Position numbers and translations under genes: made by a program. A DNA stretch of 64,000 bases from an uncultured Sphingomonadaceae bacterium (GTDB lineage: Bacteria > Pseudomonadota > Alphaproteobacteria > Sphingomonadales > Sphingomonadaceae). Of the stretch, positions 57,530 through 64,000 are shown piece by piece; the first letter of the stretch is position 1, and each line of letters begins with the position of its first letter. The DNA lies in NCBI GenBank assembly GCA_947496865.1, contig CANMEE010000002.1, positions 1,073,825-1,137,824 of the forward strand. Direction: 5' to 3'. The notes under the pieces are model-generated. The model saw only the letters and a program-made list of their open reading frames with translations, was not told the DNA's origin and searched no databases.

Positions 57530-58726
57530 ATGCCAAGCAACGCTGCGGTGCGCGACGATGTGCCAATCCATAATTTCGATATTTATGCCGAGCCAGCAAT
57601 TAAGGTTGATGTCCACGATGCCTTTCTCGCTCTGAAAAGCGAAGCCCCGCCGTTGTTTTGGACGCCTGCCAATGGTGGCCATTGGATAGTGACCGACGGC
57701 GATCTCATGATCGACCTCCTCCGCAAGCCCAATATCTTTTCAAATGAGAATTTTTCGATTCCCCACATTGAGAATATACCAAAGACGATCCCGCTCTCCC
57801 TCGATCCGCCTGAGCATCGCCCCTACCGCCAAATGATGCGTCCGTTTTTTGAGAAAAAAGCGATAACGCCGTTGCAAGATCGAATACAGCAATGGGCGGA
57901 CAGACTTATCGGGGCGGTAAAAACCGATGGACAATGCGAATTTGTTGAAGCGGTTGGTTCGCGCTTCCCGGTATCGGTTTTCATGGAAATGCTGGGGTTA
58001 CCGCTCGACCGGTTTGATGAATTTCGCGCATTGGTGAACGAGAATTTTGAACTCGCCGGAACGCCTGATGCGGCAGCGGTGCAGCAAAAAATCGTCGCGA
58101 TACTGGCGGAATTTGTGAAAGTGCGTCAGGCCGATCCCCAAGATGATATGATGAGCCATATCATCCAATCCGACATTGATGGCCGCGCACTTTCTTTCGA
58201 AGAACTGCTCTCCATCGCGCATTTATTGTTCCTCGCTGGCCTTGATACTGTAGTCAACGCGCTGAGTTTTAGTATGAAGCATCTGGCCGTAAATACGGCA
58301 CTGCAACAGCGGATTATTGATGATCCTGCCTGCATCCCCGATGTCACCGAGGAATTGTTACGCCGCTACAGCTTCGTCAACCTCCCCCGCCAAATTAACG
58401 AAGACACAACACTAGGCGGGCAAAAATTATCCAAGGGCGAGAAGATAATCTGTCCACTGGCTATGATCGGATGGGAGGATAAGCTCAACGAAGACCCAAT
58501 GACCGTTTCCATCGACCGCAAACATTATCGCCATGGCGCTTTTGGGTCAGGAATCCACACTTGCCTCGGGTTGCATCTGGCGCGGATGGAGCTGCATATT
58601 TTTTATGAAACCTGGTTCCGTGAGATTGGCAAATTTGAGTTGCAGCCGGATCAACCGCAAGGAGCCATGCGCGGCGGCGTTGTTTGGGCTATTGAAGACC
58701 TATGGCTCCGCTGGGGACAGGCCTAA
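57530..58726 (+). CDS. Cytochrome P450
   Basis: 398 aa. Heme-binding loop FGSGIHTCLGLHLAR, ExxR (EELLRR), and I-helix LLFLAGLDTV. Confidence 0.92.
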   Translation: MPSNAAVRDDVPIHNFDIYAEPAIKVDVHDAFLALKSEAPPLFWTPANGGHWIVTDGDLMIDLLRKPNIFSNENFSIPHIENIPKTIPLSLDPPEHRPYRQMMRPFFEKKAITPLQDRIQQWADRLIGAVKTDGQCEFVEAVGSRFPVSVFMEMLGLPLDRFDEFRALVNENFELAGTPDAAAVQQKIVAILAEFVKVRQADPQDDMMSHIIQSDIDGRALSFEELLSIAHLLFLAGLDTVVNALSFSMKHLAVNTALQQRIIDDPACIPDVTEELLRRYSFVNLPRQINEDTTLGGQKLSKGEKIICPLAMIGWEDKLNEDPMTVSIDRKHYRHGAFGSGIHTCLGLHLARMELHIFYETWFREIGKFELQPDQPQGAMRGGVVWAIEDLWLRWGQA

Positions 58727-59334
58727 CCTTGCAGTAACGGACCGGCAAACTGCTCGGCAAGATACGTAACAAAGGTCAGCGAGAGGCCGAGCAGAAACAC
58801 GCGGTAGGCAAGACCCAGATAACGGTATTTTTTGCGCTCCAGCACCAGGCCCATTTGATATATATCGCGCAGCATTGTGCGATAGACCGTTTCCTGATCC
58901 ACGAAACTCTCGGTCAACAGCCTGTCCTTAAACTCCTCCTCCGATATTTTTGAAAACGCACCAAAAAACAGCATATTGGGATTGGCACCCGACCGGATTT
59001 TAGTCGCTGGCATCACTGCAATCGCGGCTAAGCCCGCAGCAGAAAATGCCGAGATCGCAAGGATCAGCAAAGGCAAAGAAAAGCTACTCGCATGGCTTTG
59101 CCCGATCGCCAATGTGAAGACCACAAATGTCGCACCGATCAGCATATTTGCCTTATGATCCGCCATCAGACTGAGTTGGACATGATGCTGCTGTGTGGTG
59201 CGCAGCAATTGGATGACTTCATCAGGCCATTTTCGTCCCTCGGACACGCGTCGCCCTCCACAAAAGCGCGACCCGATGCGCCCAAAGAGTGGCACAGTCG
59301 GCGCAATTGGGCAAGTTGCGGCCGATATACCCAT
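58723..59334 (-). CDS. DUF5706 / PycTM-like membrane protein (start uncertain)
   Basis: LLRTTQQHHVQLSLMADHKANMLIGATFVVFTLAI, followed by further TM helices, resembles the DUF5706 family as I recall it. ATG 59334 is preferred over the tracked 59418, which would leave 16 nt to the divergent ACP gene. Confidence 0.55.
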   Translation of the reverse strand: MGISAATCPIAPTVPLFGRIGSRFCGGRRVSEGRKWPDEVIQLLRTTQQHHVQLSLMADHKANMLIGATFVVFTLAIGQSHASSFSLPLLILAISAFSAAGLAAIAVMPATKIRSGANPNMLFFGAFSKISEEEFKDRLLTESFVDQETVYRTMLRDIYQMGLVLERKKYRYLGLAYRVFLLGLSLTFVTYLAEQFAGPLLQG

Positions 59335-59434
59335 GCTTGTGCCGCGTTTCGGCCTTATTCGCTTGCCAATGGGGGGATCATATTGGCAAAGGTCGCTTAG
59401 AGTGAAGCAGACCAGCATATTGGGGAATTAAAAC

Positions 59435-59680
59435 ATGGCAAGTCGCGAAGAAATTATGGCTAAGGTTGAGGCTTTGATAGGCCCATTTAATAATAAAGGC
59501 GTTGCACTGAAAGATGCGACCACGTTCGCTGGCGATCTGGAATGGGACAGTCTCACGGTCATGGATTTTGTCGCTGCCGTAGAAGATGAATTTGATATCA
59601 TCATCACCATGAACATGCAGGCCGAAATTGAAACCGTCGGACAGCTGGCCGATGCGGTTGCCAAGTTGATGGATAACTAG
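59435..59680 (+). CDS. Acyl carrier protein (sphingolipid-pathway type, by context)
   Basis: 81 aa. Phosphopantetheine attachment motif LEWDSLTVMDFV. About 100 nt upstream of spt. Confidence 0.85.
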   Translation: MASREEIMAKVEALIGPFNNKGVALKDATTFAGDLEWDSLTVMDFVAAVEDEFDIIITMNMQAEIETVGQLADAVAKLMDN

Positions 59681-59779
59681 ACCAAACCGACGGCGAAGCA
59701 TCCTTAACACCTTTAGGCATCTTTTGTTTCCTGACCAAATAGCCGAAGACGGTCAGCAACATGATAAACAGAGAGACCA

Positions 59780-60979
59780 ATGACTGACCTTTTGAGTAAA
59801 TTCGATCCGCTAATCCAGGAACGCGAAACGCTTCTCGCGACGGGCGTGAAAGATCCATTCTCCCTAGTAATGGAAGAAGTGAAATCACCGACCGTGGCGG
59901 TATGCAATGGCAAAGAGACCATTTTGCTGGGTACCTATAATTATATGGGCATGACGTTTGACGACGATGTGCGGGAAGCGGGCCTAACGGCGCTGAAAGA
60001 ATTTGGCTCCGGAACCACCGGTAGCCGCGTTCTCAATGGCACATACAGCCCGCACAGAGATTGCGAAGAAGCGCTCAAAGAATTTTACGACATGGACCAT
60101 GCGATGGTCTTTTCCACCGGCTATCAGGCCAATTTGGGAATTATTTCGACACTGGCTGGCAAGGGTGATTATGTCATTCTGGACATTGACAGCCATGCGT
60201 CCATTTATGACGGCTGTGCGATGGGCAATGCAGAAGTTGTTGCGTTCCGCCACAATGATGTTGAGGCTCTGGAAAAGCGTCTGAAGCGTCTTCCTGCCGA
60301 AGCTGGTAAGTTGGTCGTGCTCGAAGGCGTATATTCGATGCTCGGCGACGTCGCACCGCTCAAAGAAATGATCCGTGTCTGCATGGAAAACGGCGCGATG
60401 ACCTTAGTCGACGAGGCTCATAGCATGGGCTTTATCGGTGATAATGGCCGCGGCGTTTGCGAAGAACAGGGCGTTATTGACGACGTTGATTTTATCATCG
60501 GCACCTTCAGCAAGTCTGTCGGAACCGTTGGTGGTTTCTGTGTTTCCAACCATCCCAAATTTGAAATCATGCGGCTGGTTTGCCGCCCCTATGTATTTAC
60601 CGCCTCGCTACCGCCTAGCGTTATGGCAACTGCCAGCACTTCCATCCGCAAGCTGATGCACAGCGGAAACAAACGCGCACATTTATGGGAAAACAGCAAG
60701 AAGCTCCACAAGGGCCTGCGCGATCTTGGTTTTGAGTTAGGAACTCCCGAAGCGCAAAGCGCGATTATCGCGGTGATCATGCCGGATCTGGAACGGGGCG
60801 CGATGATGTGGCAAGCCCTGCTCGCCGAAGGGCTGTACGTCAATCTGGCGCGACCACCGGCAACACCAGCGAATATGACCCTGCTACGCTGCTCTCTCTG
60901 TGCCGAGCACACGTCCGAGCAAGTCGATCAGATTTTAGGCATGTTTAAAGCGGCTGGCAAAGCGGTAGGGGCGATTTGA
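59780..60979 (+). CDS. spt: Serine palmitoyltransferase (alpha-oxoamine synthase family)
   Basis: 399 aa. DLLSKFDPLIQERETLLATGVKDPFSLVMEEVKSPT...ILLGTYNYMGMTFD and the PLP-Lys motif GTFSKSVGTVGGF. Long colinear similarity to Sphingomonas paucimobilis SPT as I remember it. Confidence 0.9.
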   Translation: MTDLLSKFDPLIQERETLLATGVKDPFSLVMEEVKSPTVAVCNGKETILLGTYNYMGMTFDDDVREAGLTALKEFGSGTTGSRVLNGTYSPHRDCEEALKEFYDMDHAMVFSTGYQANLGIISTLAGKGDYVILDIDSHASIYDGCAMGNAEVVAFRHNDVEALEKRLKRLPAEAGKLVVLEGVYSMLGDVAPLKEMIRVCMENGAMTLVDEAHSMGFIGDNGRGVCEEQGVIDDVDFIIGTFSKSVGTVGGFCVSNHPKFEIMRLVCRPYVFTASLPPSVMATASTSIRKLMHSGNKRAHLWENSKKLHKGLRDLGFELGTPEAQSAIIAVIMPDLERGAMMWQALLAEGLYVNLARPPATPANMTLLRCSLCAEHTSEQVDQILGMFKAAGKAVGAI

Positions 60980-61000
60980 TCCGCCACGTATGAGACAGAA

Positions 61001-61795
61001 ATGACCAACCCCATCCTTATCGAACAACGCGGCGCGATCGAGATACTCTCTCTCAATCGACCGGATAAACTCAACACCATGAACGAAGACATGATCTTCG
61101 CGCTGCAAGAATATTTCCGCGATCTACAGGATAGACATGATATTCGAGTGGTGTTGTTCCGCGCCGAAGGCCGCGCCTTTTGTGCCGGTCTAGATATCGG
61201 GGCATGGAAAAATGATGGCTCGCGCGGCCAAGTGCAGCATATCTGGCGGACCCAAAGAAGCATTGCGACGGTTATGCAGTTGATGCGACAATGTCCACAA
61301 CCGATTATTGCCCTCGGGCAAGGCGCGGCTTGTGGCGGCGGTTTCTCGCTGCTGCTTGCCAGCGATGTCCGCTATGGTGCGCCCAGTCTGAAAATGAACG
61401 CGGCCTACATAAAAATAGGGCTTGGCGGCTGTGATATGGGATCGAGCTATTTCCTGCCGCGGCTTGTCGGATCATCGCTCGCCTCAGAACTGCTCCTGAC
61501 CGGCCGCTTCATTCACGCCGAGCGAGCCGAAAAATTGGGGTTGATCAGCGACACTGTCGAAGAAGACAAACTGCTCTCCACTGGCCTATCACTGGCCGAA
61601 GAGATGTTAGAAACCGCGCCAATGGGTCTGCGGCTCACAAAAGATGCGCTCAACCGTAATATCGATGCCCAAAGCTTTGAAGCTGCAATGGCGATTGAAG
61701 ATCGACAACAAGCTATGTTGAGCATGACCGAAGACAGTCGGGAAGCAGCCAAAGCCTTTTTCAGCAAGCGAAAGCCGGATTACAAGGATCGTTGA
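61001..61795 (+). CDS. Enoyl-CoA hydratase/isomerase (crotonase) family protein
   Basis: 264 aa. Crotonase oxyanion-hole region (FCAGLDI...GAACGGGFSLLLASDVRYG). Confidence 0.85.
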   Translation: MTNPILIEQRGAIEILSLNRPDKLNTMNEDMIFALQEYFRDLQDRHDIRVVLFRAEGRAFCAGLDIGAWKNDGSRGQVQHIWRTQRSIATVMQLMRQCPQPIIALGQGAACGGGFSLLLASDVRYGAPSLKMNAAYIKIGLGGCDMGSSYFLPRLVGSSLASELLLTGRFIHAERAEKLGLISDTVEEDKLLSTGLSLAEEMLETAPMGLRLTKDALNRNIDAQSFEAAMAIEDRQQAMLSMTEDSREAAKAFFSKRKPDYKDR

Positions 61796-61804
61796 TCCGA
61801 TCAA

Positions 61805-62200
61805 CTAACGATCGCGATTTTCGGTTCCCTGCCCCGCCGTAATGAAGAGCGCCGTCGCTTCGCCCGCAACATCTGCCGTATGCCAGACGCCGGGTGGATT
61901 GATCGCATATTCGCCTTCTCCGAGCACGATCTGTTTTTCTGATCCATCGTTCATTTGCTGAATCAGGGACATTTCGCCCTTAATACATATGACGACCTCG
62001 GCGCCGACGGGATGCATTTCCCAGACCGCCCAAGGCTCGGTAAAATTGTGCAGCGATACCAGACGTCCTTCTGCGCCATCATTGGCGTGACGCTCGCCAT
62101 AGGCCTGATACCAAGCCGGATCGCCTGTAAAGGGGGCTTCCGAAAACGCAGTTGCACCGAGCCCGAGATGGATCGGCTTGTCGGTTAGTTTATCAGCCAT
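61805..62200 (-). CDS. Cupin-domain protein
   Basis: 131 aa. Cupin beta-barrel motifs (WEMHPVGAEVVICIKGEM...PPGVWHTADV). Confidence 0.65.
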   Translation of the reverse strand: MADKLTDKPIHLGLGATAFSEAPFTGDPAWYQAYGERHANDGAEGRLVSLHNFTEPWAVWEMHPVGAEVVICIKGEMSLIQQMNDGSEKQIVLGEGEYAINPPGVWHTADVAGEATALFITAGQGTENRDR

Positions 62201-62237
62201 AGTAACGCCTCCTCAAAATGCAAAAGCACATTCTACC

Positions 62238-63140
62238 CTATTTAATCGCCCCGCCAGCAATTAATCGCGGCAACATCATCAAAGCGCCCAATATTGGCCA
62301 TTTGCGCTGCCACGGTTTGACCTCGTAACTGGTTCCGGCATGGCGGTTTATCTTCCAAGCAAGATAGTCGATCCCGCCTGCATAGGTTCCTGACGCCTTT
62401 GCTAAGCGCGCTAATGTAAGCAGCTTGCCATTGCGGCGCAGTGTTTTCCAACGCTTTTCAGCTTCATCCAACGACAGTTCACCAGATTCTGATGGATCCT
62501 GATCTTGCATTGTTGCCATGGTCGCGAGACCAAAGCGTTCATAGCGTTCCAGATCGGAATCGACGACCGAACCAGGGCGATTACCGCGCTCCGCCCGCAA
62601 TTCAGCGCCATAGGTCAGTTCAAAGCCGCGATGGAATATACGTACCGGTGTCTGCGGCTGGATACCCAGAAGCGGTAGGGCCAGCTCAAACAAGGTTATC
62701 GGCGCGCGCGATATTGCCGCGACAGCCTTTTCTTTGGCCGCTTCATCTGCACACCAGACCAGTCGCGATGGCTGCGCAAAACGCGCCCAGACACTCACTG
62801 CACTGGCTTCGGGACCGTTTAGTCTATGAAAATCTTCTTCGCTCAGCACCGCTAATTTTGCGACCAGGCCGTCATGTTCGGCCGGAAAAACATTGGGTGG
62901 GAGCAGCTTATTCGCTCGAACCAACCAACTTTTTCCGTAGGCCGCTTCATAGCTGGAAACGACCAGATAAAAATCGAGCATCTGCCCGTCCAATTCCGCC
63001 GTCCGCAGACACGAACCGTAAAACAGCACCGCGCGAGAAGCGTCACCATATTGCGCCGCAATCGACTGGGCAAATGCAGCCACACGCGGTTCGACTGGTT
63101 CTGCCAGCTCCGCTTCTATGAGAGGTTTAAGGTGATTCAC
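62238..63140 (-). CDS. Tam41/Mmp37-like nucleotidyltransferase-fold protein (phosphatidate cytidylyltransferase-like)
   Basis: 300 aa. Colinear motifs: VLFYGSCL, MLDFYLVV, PPNVF, VAKLAVLSEEDF, WARFAQPSRL, LTYGAELR. In yeast Tam41, as I recall it, the matching motifs are GYGSGVF, IDIILGV, GVYFNPF, VKYGVVS, LAGRLQKP, LSYAGDIR. Needs HMM confirmation. Confidence 0.55.
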   Translation of the reverse strand: MNHLKPLIEAELAEPVEPRVAAFAQSIAAQYGDASRAVLFYGSCLRTAELDGQMLDFYLVVSSYEAAYGKSWLVRANKLLPPNVFPAEHDGLVAKLAVLSEEDFHRLNGPEASAVSVWARFAQPSRLVWCADEAAKEKAVAAISRAPITLFELALPLLGIQPQTPVRIFHRGFELTYGAELRAERGNRPGSVVDSDLERYERFGLATMATMQDQDPSESGELSLDEAEKRWKTLRRNGKLLTLARLAKASGTYAGGIDYLAWKINRHAGTSYEVKPWQRKWPILGALMMLPRLIAGGAIK

Positions 63141-63155
63141 CCGATGGATGATAGC

Positions 63156-64000
63156 CTAAGCAGCGAGGCGAAGGAAAGACACTGGTTTGGTAGATTTCAA
63201 AACAATCGGCTGGCCTTCTTGCGCGCGAAACAATTCACCGTCCATGACGACATTGCTATTCTTGCCTTCTATGCGGATCACGTCGCCCTGCTCAAGATGA
63301 ATACCTTTTTGCACATTTTTACCGAGACGGCCAAATAAGGCTGATAATATAAAGCGAACCAAAGCCGCTGGCTTTTGGTCAATCGCCATTAGTTGTAGAC
63401 GTCCGCGTTTGCCACGCGACTGAGTCAAGCGCCGCATCAACAGCAATTTTTCCAGGGTCGTCACGATCAGAATCGCAAAATTCCCCTGATACTGGCCTTT
63501 TTTAATCAATGAAATACTGATTGGCGATGGCTTGTTCGGCAAGAACTTAGCCCGTATTCCAAACAAAACCGAGGCCAGTGCCGCAAAAACTGTCAATATA
63601 TGGGATGCCGCATTGGGTAGTCCCAGTGGATATATCTTGTGACGGCAATAGAGAATAAATTCTGACAAGCCTGCACCACCTAGGAACATGCCCAGCACGA
63701 CTTTACTGTCTTTACCGCCGTCAGATAAAGCAATCAGCTCGCGATCAACGAGATGCTCATGCAAATCATGCTTTGCCATTTCGACGATGCGTTCCAGCGC
63801 CTTTAGTGGATTGCCTTCTGCCCCGAGGTCTAGAGCAATCAAGTTGGTCTTGCCATTGGGCAACACTGCGACTGGTGGCGGATTATCACCAAAATGCCCG
63901 CCCTGGTGCAATTCTGTAAGAGCGGCCTGAACGGTCCCATCCCCGCCATTAATAACCAGCACCTTGGGTTTCACTTTGGCAATGGTTTGCAGCGCTTTCC
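63156..64000 (-). CDS. DAGK/LCB5-family lipid kinase (5' end beyond the right edge)
   Basis: VLVINGGDGT catalytic-domain motif. The reading frame stays open upstream of the tracked GTG (…KALQTIAKVKPKVLVINGGDGT) to position 64000. 15 nt upstream of the Tam41-like gene. Confidence 0.75.
   Translation of the reverse strand, partial: KALQTIAKVKPKVLVINGGDGTVQAALTELHQGGHFGDNPPPVAVLPNGKTNLIALDLGAEGNPLKALERIVEMAKHDLHEHLVDRELIALSDGGKDSKVVLGMFLGGAGLSEFILYCRHKIYPLGLPNAASHILTVFAALASVLFGIRAKFLPNKPSPISISLIKKGQYQGNFAILIVTTLEKLLLMRRLTQSRGKRGRLQLMAIDQKPAALVRFILSALFGRLGKNVQKGIHLEQGDVIRIEGKNSNVVMDGELFRAQEGQPIVLKSTKPVSFLRLAA

Noticed and set aside
58723-59418. Calling the DUF5706/PycTM-like gene (together with the TM-cNMP gene at 52214) a Pycsar-type defence system
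   Set aside because: No nucleotide cyclase is adjacent to either gene. The two are 6 kb apart among housekeeping genes, so the evidence is insufficient for a defence call.

Overview
64-kb chromosomal window, probably from a sphingolipid-making alphaproteobacterium. It carries an ACP gene followed by a serine palmitoyltransferase that, from memory, closely resembles Sphingomonas SPT. No database search was possible, so every family call rests on motifs I read in the translations plus gene order.

Layout:
(1) 1-29,052: a nearly contiguous flagellar/motility supercluster. On the minus strand: fliP(partial)-O-N-M-L-K-J-I-H-G-F-E and a sigma54 activator. Then monocistronic flagellin (+). Then SLT-flhA-fliA (-) and flgN-like/flgM/flgA (-), preceded by an extra divergent MotA/MotB-like pair. 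Then flgBCDEFGHIJKL-motAB (+). I read three near-consensus -24/-12 sigma54 promoters directly in the intergenic DNA.
(2) 29.5-32.1 kb: a tightly coupled sthA-GGDEF pair.
(3) 32.1-36.6 kb: a poorly characterised, locally AT-richer segment. It holds two small paralogous ORFs at its edges, a secreted small protein, a RadC-like JAB protein coupled to a wHTH protein, two tandem paralogous membrane proteins, and a membrane-anchored LuxR-type regulator.
(4) dnaK-dnaJ with an alphaproteobacterial-type sigma32 promoter.
(5) 40-59 kb: housekeeping and metabolic genes. These are PCuAC, a HExxH protein, a MATE pump, an orphan HerA/FtsK-like ATPase, D-aminoacylase, two GMC oxidoreductases including betA, a short BCCT transporter, a TM+cNMP-domain protein, a Rieske oxygenase, obg-proB, an SDR and a P450.
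(6) 58.7-64 kb: a sphingolipid neighbourhood. It holds a DUF5706/PycTM-like membrane protein, ACP, spt and a crotonase, plus a convergent lipid kinase-Tam41/Mmp37-like-cupin operon.

I recognised no rRNA, tRNA, CRISPR array, transposase or integrase.

Most interesting candidates: the truncated second stator-like pair wired into the flgA operon; the lipid kinase + Tam41-like pair next to spt; and the 32-36.6 kb segment with tandem membrane paralogs overlapping a radC-like gene.
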